From: Eledone cirrhosa
Lineage: Eukaryota
Direction of reading: 5' to 3'
DNA: 64,000 nt
Assembly (NCBI GenBank): GCA_964016885.1
Contig: CAXHJY010000257.1
Location: 124,001 to 188,000 of the forward strand
Made by a program: the position numbers and the translations under genes. The notes under the pieces are model-generated. The model made no database searches and was not told the origin of the DNA. It saw only the letters and a program-made list of their open reading frames with translations. Shown here piece by piece: positions 13,761-26,249 of the stretch (position 1 is its first letter; each line of letters begins with the position of its first letter).

Positions 13761-16700
13761 ATCATCATCATCATCATCATTTTACGTCCGCTTTTCCCTG
13801 CTTGCAAGGGTGGGACGGGTCTTATTCAGCACAGCATCTCTCCACTCGTCACGGTCCCTCGTCATCTCCACCGTGAGCTTCAATGATCTGAGGTCTGTTC
13901 TCACCACCTCCGCCCATGTTTTTCGTGGTCTACCTCTACCACGTCTTCCTTCAACTGGCATTTCCTGGCACTTCTTCACCCATCGGTCATCCTCCATGCG
14001 CATCACATGTCCATACCACCTCAGTCTCCTCTCCCGTACACTACATTCTATCTCTCTCAGACACAGTTTCTTTCTCAACACATTTATGCTGGGTCGTTCA
14101 CGCACATTTACACTGCACATCCAACGGAGCATGCTTGCCTCATTTCTCTCCAGCCGTCGCATATCTTCTGCGGTAGCTGCCCATGTCTCACTACCATGCA
14201 GCATCGCGCTCCTCACACAGGCATCATACAACCGGCCTTTCGTACGCAGGGAGAAACCCTTCTTCGTCAACAGAGGAAGCAGCTCCCTAAACTTCTTCCA
14301 ACCCGTCCTTATTCTAGATACTATGGCCTCGGAACACCCTCCTCCCATGCTAATCTGATCTCCTAGGTACCGGAAGCTATCCACCATTTCTATAGCGCCC
14401 TCTCGCATTTGAAAAATGTGTCTATCAGTGCGACTTCTACTGTCTAATTTCCCTGTACATCTACTGCATACATATTTCTCCCTACCTGTTAGTTTGCCTG
14501 CTATCCCGCTACATCTCTTGTGTACCCAGGACCTACATTGTGTGCATTTTATAGAATTTATGCCAGTTCCTTTTCTGCATATCGAACATGGCCATTTCCC
14601 TGACGGAATCAGGGTTTTGTCCTCTTTTCTACTCATCAACACTTTTGTCTTAGCTAGATTTACTCTCAGTCCTCTTGCTTCCAACTGCTGTTTCCATAGC
14701 CGGAATTTATTCTCTAGCTCCTCTACTGATTCTGCCATAAGAGCCAGATCGTCAGCATAGAGAAGTTCCCATGGACAGCCAGTCTTAAACTCCTCTGTTA
14801 TGGCTTGGAGGACTAGAATGAACAAGAGCGGGCTGAGGACCGAACCCTGATGTACTCCTACTTGTATCTGGAATTCCTCACTAAACTCCATTCCCACCCT
14901 GACTTTACTGAGAGTACCTCTGTACAAAGTTTGCACTGTCCTTACAAGCCATTCCTCAACACCCAGCTTCCTTAGGGACCACCAGATGACAGATCGGGGT
15001 ACCCTATCAAAGGCCTTCTCTAGGTCAACAAAGGCTAAGTATAGTGGCTTATTCTTCTCTAAGAACCTCTCTTGCATTTGTCTCACCAAGAAGAGGGCAT
15101 CTGTTGTACTCTTCCCAGGCACAAAACCAAACTGCATCTCATCTAGTTTGACCCTTTCTCTAATTAGTTGTGCTAAAATCCTTTCTGCCACTTTCATAAC
15201 CTGATCTATCAGTTTTATACCCCTATAATTGCTCCTCTCCAAAGCATCCCCTTTACTTTTGTAGCAATTTATGAGAATACTGCTGCACCAGTCTTTGGGT
15301 ATGACACCACCATATATAGCCTGATTGATTATGCGTGCAACCAGTTTAGTGCCTACGTCCCCTGATGCCTTCAGCATCTCAGCAACTATTCCCGATGGTC
15401 CGGCCGCCTTACCATTTTTCATTTCCCTAATCGCCTCTTGGACCCTATATTCGTCAATCTCAATAGCTGGTCCCTCTGTCGGATCTACCAAGGGTAATTT
15501 CTCTCTCTCCCATTCGTTCTCCACATTCATCAGTCTCTCATAATGACATTTCCAGGCCTCCTTTTTCTGGTCATTCGTGACACTAAGTACACCGGCATCA
15601 TCCCGGACACATTTATCACCAACAACATCCTGATTTGCATTGACACACTGCCTTGCAATGTGGAACACCGCACGCCTCTGATCTTCCCGTCGCAGAACAT
15701 TGGCAAACCTCCTACTCTCTGCCTCCCTGCGTGCTAAGTACACCTGACGTCTAGCTTCTCTCTTAGTGGCTGTATATTCTTCCCTACTCCCACCCTTATT
15801 CCAAGCCTTCCATGCTAGTCTTTTGTTTCTAATAGCCTTATCTACACTGCTGTTCCACCACCAGGTCACTCCCTGTCTGGTTGGAGCTCTGCTCCAGCCA
15901 CAGGTTTCATCAGTAGCCTTCAGCAAGTTGTCACGTAAGAACTTCCAGTTATTATCTATGTCATACGTCTCTAAATCGTCTTTTTCGTCATATACATCTT
16001 GAAGGGCTTTCCTAAATTTGAATTTTAGTGAAAGGTCTTTTAGCTTCCAGACCTTTCTTCTCCACACCTTCCTATATGTCTCATTCCATCTCTTGCTTAC
16101 TGAGATATCACTAACAACTAACCTATGCTGTGGGGTACATTCTTCCCCAGGGTATGCCTTGGTATTAGACACTATCTGCCTGTCCCGCTGCCTAACTAGC
16201 AGGAAGTCAATCTGGCTTATGTGCTCACCAGATTTGTAGGTTATTAGGTGATTGGCAGGTTTCTGGAAGTTTGTGTTGCAAATAGTCAATGTACTTGCAT
16301 CACAAAATTCAAGAAGTCTCACTCCTTCATTTCTTGAACCGTAACCGTGCCCACCATGTACCCCAGTGTAACCATCCTGGAGCTGTCCAACATGACCATT
16401 GAAGTCTCCTGCTAGCATAACGATGTCTCCGTCCTCTGTCATTGTGGTTGTTTGCAAAAGTTGCTCATAAAAGCAGTCTTTCTCATCTTTGCCTAGGCCT
16501 GCTTGGGGAGCATAGACCGAGATGATTGTCAGTAGTCTCCTACCTACAACTAATCTAAGCTTAATTATTCGATTACTAACTCGAACTACCTCTATTGTCT
16601 TATTGATCCATTTCTCAGCCAGGAAAATGCCTACTCCCCCTAACCCATCATCCTTACCTACCCAGAATAGCTTATAGCTAAGACGCTTGCCTACGACTAG

Positions 16701-17258
16701 TCTCGCAGAGGCACCTCTCCATCTCACCTCTTGCACGCAGCACACATCCACCTGCCTTCTCTCCAGCATCTCCGCTATTTCAGCAGATCTACCTCTGAGA
16801 GTGCCAACATTAAGTGTTGCAACTCTGAGATGCGACGTCTTCATATTTTTCTATGCTGTTTTGTTGCTGTGCTGATAAGCTTTTTGGCATTGATACACTG
16901 GTTGGATGCCCTTCCTAACACCAGCGCCACTTTACAGCATGGACTGGGTGCTTTTATTTGTGCCACCAGCACTAGAGAGGATGTCTTACTAGACTCAAGG
17001 GCCCTCTCTACCCCTCCATTTTACAGCATGGTCATTTAAAAAAAAAAAAAAAAAAAAACTTATTGACACGACTCACACACTAATACTCATGCATACAAAC
17101 CACAACCACCCATACCAACACTCATTCATGCATACAATCACGCACACCACTCACAAACACATATATATATATATATACATATATTACCGACAGTACTGAT
17201 ACAAAATCAAAATCAAAGTCAAAATCGTCAAAATCACTATCATGTCAACTGTTGACCT
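13761..17258 (-). mobile_element. Apparently full-length RTE LINE (family A)
   Basis: intact ORF, ~400-bp 5' UTR, stop codon directly followed by a (GAT)n tail; TA tracts on both sides. Confidence 0.92.
13782..16844 (-). CDS. RTE polyprotein: AP endonuclease, reverse transcriptase, internal PHD finger (1020 aa)
   Basis: [32 protein letters not shown]; [30 protein letters not shown]; C4HC3 motif; [15 protein letters not shown]. Confidence 0.93.
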   Translation of the reverse strand: MKTSHLRVATLNVGTLRGRSAEIAEMLERRQVDVCCVQEVRWRGASARLVVGKRLSYKLFWVGKDDGLGGVGIFLAEKWINKTIEVVRVSNRIIKLRLVVGRRLLTIISVYAPQAGLGKDEKDCFYEQLLQTTTMTEDGDIVMLAGDFNGHVGQLQDGYTGVHGGHGYGSRNEGVRLLEFCDASTLTICNTNFQKPANHLITYKSGEHISQIDFLLVRQRDRQIVSNTKAYPGEECTPQHRLVVSDISVSKRWNETYRKVWRRKVWKLKDLSLKFKFRKALQDVYDEKDDLETYDIDNNWKFLRDNLLKATDETCGWSRAPTRQGVTWWWNSSVDKAIRNKRLAWKAWNKGGSREEYTATKREARRQVYLARREAESRRFANVLRREDQRRAVFHIARQCVNANQDVVGDKCVRDDAGVLSVTNDQKKEAWKCHYERLMNVENEWEREKLPLVDPTEGPAIEIDEYRVQEAIREMKNGKAAGPSGIVAEMLKASGDVGTKLVARIINQAIYGGVIPKDWCSSILINCYKSKGDALERSNYRGIKLIDQVMKVAERILAQLIRERVKLDEMQFGFVPGKSTTDALFLVRQMQERFLEKNKPLYLAFVDLEKAFDRVPRSVIWWSLRKLGVEEWLVRTVQTLYRGTLSKVRVGMEFSEEFQIQVGVHQGSVLSPLLFILVLQAITEEFKTGCPWELLYADDLALMAESVEELENKFRLWKQQLEARGLRVNLAKTKVLMSRKEDKTLIPSGKWPCSICRKGTGINSIKCTQCRSWVHKRCSGIAGKLTGREKYVCSRCTGKLDSRSRTDRHIFQMREGAIEMVDSFRYLGDQISMGGGCSEAIVSRIRTGWKKFRELLPLLTKKGFSLRTKGRLYDACVRSAMLHGSETWAATAEDMRRLERNEASMLRWMCSVNVRERPSINVLRKKLCLREIECSVRERRLRWYGHVMRMEDDRWVKKCQEMPVEGRRGRGRPRKTWAEVVRTDLRSLKLTVEMTRDRDEWRDAVLNKTRPTLASREKRT

Positions 17259-17259
17259 T

Positions 17260-17279
17260 TATGTATAAATATATGTATG

Positions 17280-17310
<31 letters not shown>

Positions 17311-17345
17311 ATATATTTATATATATATGTATAAATATATGTATG

Positions 17346-17376
<31 letters not shown>

Positions 17377-17443
17377 GTATATGTGTATAAATATATGTAT
17401 GTATATATATATATATGTATATATATGTATGTATATATATATG

Positions 17444-17516
<73 letters not shown>

Positions 17517-17529
17517 GTATATATATATG

Positions 17530-17562
<33 letters not shown>

Positions 17563-17575
17563 GTATATATATATG

Positions 17576-17606
<31 letters not shown>

Positions 17607-17663
17607 GTATATATATATATATGTATATATATATATGTATATATATGTATGTATATATATATG

Positions 17664-17750
<87 letters not shown>

Positions 17751-17763
17751 GTATATATATATG

Positions 17764-17796
<33 letters not shown>

Positions 17797-17809
17797 GTAT
17801 ATATATATG

Positions 17810-17876
<67 letters not shown>

Positions 17877-17889
17877 GTATATATATATG

Positions 17890-17920
<31 letters not shown>
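17260..17920. repeat. Irregular (TA)n microsatellite
   Basis: direct inspection. Confidence 0.95.
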
Positions 17921-19165
17921 CATCATCATCATCATCGTTTAACGTCTATGTTTCACGCTTGCATGGGTTTGGACGGGAGTTTTCCCACTTGAGGCAAGAG
18001 TGGTTGTCTTGCTCACAGAGGACTGTCTGGCGGGTTTTCTACAGCTGGATGCCCTTCCTAACACCAACCACATTTACAGTGTGGGACTGGGAGGTTTTTA
18101 CCGTGTTGCCTACACGGCCACATTACAGCGTGGACTGTGTGTTTTTTTGTCGTGACGCCTACACGATCTCATTTGTTTCGGCCTGGATGTTGTGGCACCA
18201 ACATAACTTTACATTGAAAGGGGCGGTGTGGATGGGGTGGGGGTGGTGGGACGGGGGTGTATTTTGTTATAGAAGGAAAAAATTAGAAATAAGAGGGATC
18301 AGATGTTGTTTACTCGAGAGAAGGCTACGTTGGTATGGTCACGTGATGCGCATGAAAGACGATAGCTGTATAACAAAGTGCAGGGCAATAAAGATAGACG
18401 GTAGCCACGGAATAGGCAGACCCAGAAAAACCTGGGACGAGCTGATAAATTCCGACCTCACACACTTACACCTCTCCAAGACAATGTCACTGGACCGAGA
18501 CCTTTGGCGGTACTCAGTAATAGAGAAGACCCGCCTTACCTACATACAAAGTAAAACGTACTACAGTCAGTAGGCATCATCATCATCAACGTTTAACGTC
18601 CGTGTTCCACGCTTGCATGGGTTTGGATGGGAGTTTTCCCACTTGAGGCAAGAGTGATTGTCTTGCTCGCATAGGATTGTCTGGCGGGTTTTCTACAGCC
18701 TGCCTTTCATTTTTAGGAAGAACCCTTTAGCGGCTAATAGTGATATAAGCTCTCTGAACTTTTTCCATCCAGTTCTGACTCTAGCTACTGTACTTCTAGA
18801 GCACCCTCCCCCACTGCTGATTTTATCACCCAGGTAACGGAAGCTGTCCACTATTTCTATAGAACCCTCTGCGCAATTGAAAGAGCTAGTATTTCGTGGG
18901 CACTTGCTGCTACTTATTGCACCAGAGCACTGGCCACATGTAAAATCTGTTCTTAGTTAGCTTACCTGTGATCCCACTACATCTTTTATGCACCCATACT
19001 TTGCATTTGGAACATAAAATCGAGTTTCTACCTACGCCTTTCCTACACACTGAGCATGGCCATTTCCCGGAAGGGACCGGCGCCTTATTTTCTTTCCTAC
19101 AAACTAGAACTTTAGTCTTAGCCAGGTTAATTTTAAGGCCTTTTTATTCTAGGCCTTGCTTCCAT
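17921..19165 (-). mobile_element. Rearranged RTE family B 3' fragments with an internal inversion and a duplicated tail
   Basis: 17921-18271 3'UTR (-); 18272-18577 ORF end (+); 18578-18700 second tail (-); 18700-19165 RT/PHD region (-); all match 32481-33890. Confidence 0.85.
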
Positions 19166-19275
19166 GTATATATTATATATATATATATGTATATATATGG
19201 ATATGTTTATATATATGTATATATATATATTTATATATATATATGTATATATATGGATATGTTTATATATATGTA

Positions 19276-19617
19276 TCATCATCATCATCATTCATCATTT
19301 CATTTTACGTCCGCTTTTCTCTGCTTGCAAGGGTGGGATGGGAACTGATACTGGCTTGATTTCTACAGCTGGATGCTCTTCCTAACACCAACCTCATTTA
19401 CAATGAGTGCTGGGTGCTTTTTTGCCGTGGCACCTCCACGACCACTTTGCAGTGGAATGATCTGGACACCAATCCATTTCTACAGCTGAGTAAACTGGAG
19501 CAATGTGAAATAAAGTGTCTTGCTCAAGGAAACAACACATCACCCGGTCTTAGAATTGAACTCACAACCTTTTGATTGCAAGGCTAATGCTCTAACTACT
19601 AAGCCATGTGCCTCCAC
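19276..19617 (-). mobile_element. tRNA-derived SINE with CORE-like body and RTE-derived tail (copy 1)
   Basis: reverse complement of 22211-22547. Confidence 0.85.
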
Positions 19618-19648
19618 ATATATATATATGGATATGTTTATATATATA

Positions 19649-19696
<48 letters not shown>

Positions 19697-19697
19697 G

Positions 19698-22140
19698 TAT
19701 TAAGGATACTATTTATGGTTATGTATATAGTAAAACCTTTTATAGTTATATATATTATAAACCCTAAACAGTGAAAGACAGTAATTTATTACTACCTTAT
19801 TACCAGTAAGATAAATAGCTCAATGTAATAACATTAGTTGTTCTACAGAGCAGTTATATAGAAATTACATGAATCAAAGTTCTGTTTAAACCATTTATTC
19901 GCTTACAATTGTTTCTTCCTAACCGAGGTTTGAAGTCTTCGGAGCAATTTTTCAATGATTGTTTACATACATGACCTCCTTTCCAACACAAGAGACATAG
20001 AGAAACATATGTATATATTGATGCACAGTGGGTTGACATCCATTATAATATTTAGCATGGCAATTTACATTCAAAGATTAAAGTCATATCAAAGAACAAA
20101 ATTAAAGTTAAAATACAACATCGGCAGTTTACGAAGATAAAGCAAGAGGATAATTTGAAGTAGTTAGTGTATGCAATAGTTACACATGGGGCATGCACGT
20201 GTGTCTTGTTTATATAAGATTATAGTGCGGCAGGGTGTTATATGTAATACAAGCACTTTAAGCGGGCAATCAAGAGTATTATGGGGGTTGTATTGGTAAA
20301 GTATTTTTTATATGTATGATATAGAAGCTTGTGTGTAGAGAAATATTAAAAATATTAAAAATGAGAAGCAAAACAATGTTATGGTTTTCGTATACACCAT
20401 TTTCACAATCCAGGAAATGTAATATATAGATTATATGTCCTTCACATAATCTACGATGATTCAATATTGGATGCTTGATGAATTATGTTAGACTATTACA
20501 GCTTGTTGTTCTTTAATCCAAATTTTATAGAGCAGGTTGTTTTTGTTGCGAGAATTGACATCGTATTATTTTCCGGAAGTGTGTGTGTGATTAAGGGGAG
20601 TAACTAGCTGATTTCTATAACTAAATTTATTATCCTAATGTACATTAAATGGTGTCTCAAATGAGTCCCTATCATATAAGGTTATAAACAGTTTCTAAAT
20701 TTAAGTATCTTATCTATAAATTACAGTGTAGTCTATCAAGAAGTACTAAAGGTGTTCATATTAGGATGATTACCTTCTATCATAGAGTGCCACAACTGAA
20801 TATTCTACATGAAGAGTCAGATCCCCAAATCAATGATCTTTGTAAGTGTAGTCTACCCGCAGAACCTGGCAGGGTTTTATTAGAATCACTTCTATATATA
20901 ACTCCTGGTAAGCTCTGGGTCAGTGCATGTCTAATTGCATGGCAAAGTTAAATATCACTAGGGTAGACCAGAGATCAATTCTCACTTACAATGTCACTAA
21001 TCCGACCATCAAGTCATACATGTATGTATAACTCATATATCACTTGTACATAATTCATTGTACTCAGCATATAGGTTATATACCTCTTTTATGTTAATAA
21101 ATTAATTAATCTTCCATTTATCCAATGATGGCACTCCATACACAGAACAACATTAGCACAACCAATTCTGTGTTTAAAGTTTACATTAATTATATTGTGG
21201 TGTAATGTAGTCTAAGTAATTGAAGGCAAATATACCAAAAGTAGATGTACATGGGGATATCTCTAGGGTAAAAGGTACTAGGAGGATGTCACTATTTGTG
21301 TTAAAGTGGATCAATGAGTGTGGAGATGTGGTGTAAGGTGTGCACTTGAGGTTTGTTGCTAGAGGTGGTGACGGGTTCAAGTCTGACATTGTTATATATT
21401 GGGTTTAAAGTTTTGGAAGGAGTGTCGGAAGCGGTGCTGGCAAGACGCGAGCACTTCTGATTTTTTATTAAGGAGGTTATGGTTTGAGAAGATAATAGTA
21501 TGGGTCTCTAGTAGACAGAGGTTACAAAATTTATTAGGTGGTTTGTGCGATGTCGCGTTACCTATCACTTCCCATTTAAGTGTATAAGATTTATTTTTAG
21601 TTTTTAGATAGTGTATGTAGCTAGATAGTGAAGTGGAGTTGGCTAGACTGTGTTTTTTGAAAGAGTGGAGGTGCAAATTGTATCTGGTTTTGAAACAGAT
21701 ATATAGGTTTTGAAGCAGATATATAGGTTTCAGAAGAGTTGCTAGTTGTGACGGTGCATGAGTATATGATATCCTTGATTAAGCATTTTTTATCTAAAGG
21801 GCAGGTTCTATTTGATCTACAGTTACAATTATTCTCGGTGTTAGCCTGCCGGTTATTATGTTGTGTAGAAGTCTGGATGGTAGCTGTAGGATTATGGTTA
21901 TGGGGGTTGTCGTTCCCAGCGTTATTGCTTACACTAGTGCTATTACTATTATTTCTATTGTTATTAGGGTTAGTTGATATAATGTTATTTTGAAGGTTTA
22001 TCGTCTGTTGTGATTTAGTTTGTTGGAAGTAAGAATTAATTTTTCTTTTATTGCTACTAGCTATGTGGTATGCTATGTTAGGCGTAGTAGAGTAGGAAAT
22101 TTTAATAGTGTTTTTGTTTAAAAGGCTATGGTACTACTAT
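19698..22140 (-). mobile_element. Decayed 3' fragment of a Naiad-like PLE with a long pLTR
   Basis: 21392-22140 encodes CNCRSNRTCPL, FCNLCLLE, LLNKKSE..CQH; degenerate hammerhead at 19899-19947; the extent of the pLTR is inferred. Confidence 0.7.
19899..19947 (-). ncRNA. Degenerate hammerhead ribozyme (core CCGAAGA)
   Basis: minus strand: ttgct-CCGAAGA-cttc..aacc/ggtt..gaa-GAAA-caattg-UA-agcga; palindromic stem III; U4 changed to C. Confidence 0.5.
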
Positions 22141-22210
22141 AATTTCTATATGTATATATATATATATATTTATGTATATATATGTTTATATATGGATATG
22201 TTTATATATA

Positions 22211-22547
22211 TGGAGGCACATGGCTTAGTGTTTAGAACATTGGCCTTGCAATCGAAAGGTTGTGAGTTCAATTCTCAGACCGGGGGATGTGTTGTTTCCT
22301 TGAGCAAGACACTTTATTTCACATTGCTTCAGTTTACTCAGCTGTAGAAATGAGATGTTAGGGACTGGGGTCCCTATCATTCCACTGCAAAGTGGTCGTG
22401 GAGGTGCCACGGCAAAAAAGCACCCAGCACTCACTGTAAATGAGGTTGGTGTTAGGAAGGGCATCCAGCTGTAGAAATCAAGCCAGAATCAGTTCCCGTC
22501 CCACCCTTGCAAGCAGGGAAAAAGCAGACGTAAAATGAAATGATGAT
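22211..22547 (+). mobile_element. tRNA-derived SINE with CORE-like body and RTE-derived tail (copy 2)
   Basis: A box tggcttagtg, B box gagttcaattc, tccttgagcaagacacttt core, tail cccacccttgcaagcaggg...gacgtaaaatg(atg)n. Confidence 0.88.
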
Positions 22548-22548
22548 G

Positions 22549-22579
<31 letters not shown>

Positions 22580-22652
22580 TTATATATATATGTATATATA
22601 TGGATATGTATATATATATATATTTATATATATATATATGGATATGTATATA

Positions 22653-25600
22653 TCATCATCATCATCATCATCACCGTTTTACGTCCGTTCTTCCACGCTA
22701 GCATGGGTTAGACGGGTTGTCCTGTTGTGTGCAGTGTCTGGTCGGCTGACCATGCCTTGCTCATACAAGAACTGATCTGGCTTGATTTCTACAGCTGGAT
22801 GCCCTTCCTAACACCAACCTCATTTACAGTGAGTGCTGGTTGCTTTTTCGTGGCGCCTACACGTCCACTTTATAGTGTGGGCTGGGTGCTTTTTTGCCGT
22901 GGCACCTCCAGGACCACCTTGCGGTGGGGGGTGTGGGGGCATATTGTTTATATGCTTCAGCATGTACCCATGGGAGGTCGGGTACTCTGTATTACTGCGT
23001 GACGCCAGAAGTCACGGTCGTGTGTCATTGTCTTTGAGAGGTGTAATTGGGTAAGGTCGGCTTTTATCACCTCATCCCAGGTCATCTTGGGTCTCCCCAC
23101 TCCGCGGTTTCCATCAACTTCTAGTGCTCTGCACCTTTTTATGCAACTGTCATCCTTCATACGCATCACATGTCCATATCAGCGCAACCGCCTCTCCTGC
23201 ACACAGCATTTGATTCCTCTTATGCTCAGTCTCTCTCTCAATTCATTTATGCTTTGTCGTTCACGTATATTACTGTTGCACATCCATCGGAGCATGCAGG
23301 CTTCGTTTCTCTCTAATCTACGTAAGTCTTCCACCTTCAGCGCCCAGGTCTCACTACCATGCAACATCGCTGTTCGGATACACGCATCATACAGTCTGCC
23401 TTTCATTCTGAGGGAGAAGCCTTTTGCAGCTAGCAGTGGTAGTAGTTCCCTAAACTTCTTCCATCCCGTTCTTACCCTAGTTATTGTACTTTCTGAACAC
23501 CCACCTCCGTTACTAATTCGGTCACCTAGGTAGCAGAAGCTGTCTACTGTTTCTACAGGGCCCTCCCAGAGATTGGTGGTACTTGTTTCCTGTGGCTGTT
23601 TGCTGCTTGCTGTTTCAGCACAGCTGCTGTATGTGAATCCTACATTCTTAATTAAGCTTCCTGAGATCCCACTACATCTCTTGTGTACCCATTGTTTGCA
23701 TTTGGGGCAGAGAATGGAGTTCCTACCTACACCTTTCCTACATACTGAGCAAGGCCATTTCCCTGAGGGGATCTGGGTTCTGTTTTCTCGTCTACTTACA
23801 AGGACCTTAGTCTTTGTCATGTTGACTTTGAGACCCTTTCTCTCTAGTCCCTGATTCCAGGTTTGGAATTTATTCTCTAGTTCTATCATAGATTCAGCTA
23901 TGAGTGCGAGGTCATCAGCATACAGGAGTTCCCATGGGCATCCGGTCTTAAATTCCTCCGTTATTGCCGGCAGGACTATGATGAACAGGAGAGGGCTAAG
24001 AACAGAGCCCTGGTGGACCCCAACCTGTACGCTAAATTCCTCGCTATACTCATTGCTAATCCTAACTTTGCTGACTGCTCCCCTATACATGGCTTGTACC
24101 GCTTTCACAAGCCATTCATCTACTACTAGTTTTCTAAGAGCCCACCAGATTACAGCACGTGGAACTCTGTCAAAGGCTTTCTCAAGGTCGACAAATGCCA
24201 AGTAGAGTGGCTAGGTACTTTTCCTGTAATTGCCTCACAAGGAAGAGGGCATCAGTGGTGCCTCTTCCTGGTACAAACCCAAATTGCATCTCGTCTATAT
24301 TCACCCGGTCCCTAATCAGCTGTGCTATAACTCTTTCTGTTACTTTCATGACCTGGTCCATCAACTTTATACCTCTATAGTTTCCTCTATCTAGTGCGTC
24401 GCCTTTGCCTTTGTAGCAGTTGACAATGATGCTACTGCACCAATCTTTTGGTATGGCCCCTTCTAGTATTACCTGGTTAACGATACGTGTGGTTATAGTG
24501 TGACCTACAGGCCCAGATGCCTTCAGCATCTCGGCAGCTATACCCGATGGACCGGTTGCCTTCCCCATCTTCATATCTCTGATTGCCTTACTACGCTGCC
24601 GCTGACTTGTACTGCTGGTCCCTCTATAGGGTCTACTTGGGGTAGGGTCTCTTCTTCCCATGCATTCTCCTCATTTAGTAATCTATCATAATGACTCTTC
24701 CATGCATCTTTCTTCTCAGCACTTGTGAGGGCAAGCTCACCTTTATTATTCCGGATATACTTCTCTCCAATGACATCACAACTATCTCTGACACACTGCC
24801 TCGCAATCTTGAATACCTCCTGTTTCTGGTCCTCACGTTGTAAAACATGCTTGAATTTTCTATCCTCTGCTTCCCTCCTAGCTAAGTATACTTGTCGCCT
24901 AGCTTCCCTCTTGGTCTCTATGTAATGTACCCTGCTCTCCCCGTTCTTCCATTCTTTCCATGCCTGTCTCTTGGCCTTGACTGCTTCATCTACCTTATTG
25001 TTCCACCACCAAGTCACTCTCCTCCTGCTTGAGGTCTTACTCCAGCCACAGACCTCGTCCGTCGCCTCTAGTAAATTATTTTTTAGGAACTCCCAGTTCT
25101 CTTCTACATTAAATGTCTCTATCTGTTCTTCTTTACTGTTGTAGGCGTTGAGTAAAATATCTTTAAATCTGTTACTGGTTGAGGGGACTTTCAGCTTCCA
25201 GATCTTTCTTCTCCAGGTTGGCCTCTGTTTCAGGGCTTGTCTAGTTCTGACCGTGAGGTCGCTGACAACTAAGCTATGTTGGGATGTACATTCCTCACTA
25301 GGGAAGGCTTTTGTGTTTACGACCGTCCATCTGTCACGTCCTCTGATGAGGATAAAATCTAACTGACTAGAGTGCTCCCCTGATCTATAGGTGATCAGGT
25401 GGTTGTCGGGTTTTTTAAAGTTTGTGTTACATATCGACATGTCATTGGCGTCGCAGAATTCTAGAAGTCTGAATCCTTCCTCATTCCTTGTGCCAACTCC
25501 GTGGCCTCCATGTACTCTATTGAAGCCGTCGCAGTGTTTACCTACGTGTCCGTTAAAATCTCCTGCGATGATTAGGAAGTCCTTGTCGTCTGTTAGAGCA

Positions 25601-25968
25601 GTAGTGTGTATTAGGGACTCGTAAAACCTATCCTTAAGTTCGTCTGGCAGCCCCGATTGGGGTGCGTAAGCTGATATTATTGTGGTAATTGTTTTATTCA
25701 GGACTAGTCTGAGTTTAATGATTCTTGCATTCACGCTGTACACTGAGATTTCTTTATCTACCCACTTGTCAGCTAATAGTATACCTACACCACCCATCCC
25801 ATCGTCATTTCCCACCCAGAAAAATTTGTAGCACTGACTTTTTCCTACAAGGACTCTAGCAGACTCTCCTCTCCATCTAGTCTCTTGCACACAGCATACA
25901 TCAACTTCCTTTCGCTCTAGCATTTCTACGATTTCTCCTGCTCTTCCATTCATTGAGCCTACATTGAT
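22653..25968 (-). mobile_element. Near full-length RTE LINE (family C), frameshifted pseudogene
   Basis: APE 24571-25968, linker 24182-24661, RT 23179-24201 (LLYADD); 3' UTR and (GAT)n tail; 5' end cut at a TA tract. Confidence 0.92.
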
Positions 25969-26206
25969 GTATATATATATGGATATGTATATATATATAT
26001 ATATATATGGATATGTATATATATATATTTCGTTTCTGAATTTGTTTAGCAAGATTCTTTATCTGAAAACGTGTGTTGAAACCGATATTGTTATACTTTG
26101 GGAGGGGCATGTTGCCAATAAGAATTTATTATAATAAATTTATAAATTTAGGAATTTATAAATTTCTGGTTGGTTGGTTTCACAACCAGATGGTTGTTTA
26201 TATATT

Positions 26207-26249
26207 GTCAAAGTTCTTTCTTCACACATTCTGTGACCTCTTCAGTGAC
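26207..26249 (-). ncRNA. Hammerhead-like motif in the inverted pLTR
   Basis: reverse complement of 28989-29031 with one stem II change. Confidence 0.55.

Noticed and set aside
22211-22290. tRNA gene
   Set aside because: A and B boxes belong to a SINE head that continues into core and LINE tail; no complete cloverleaf seen
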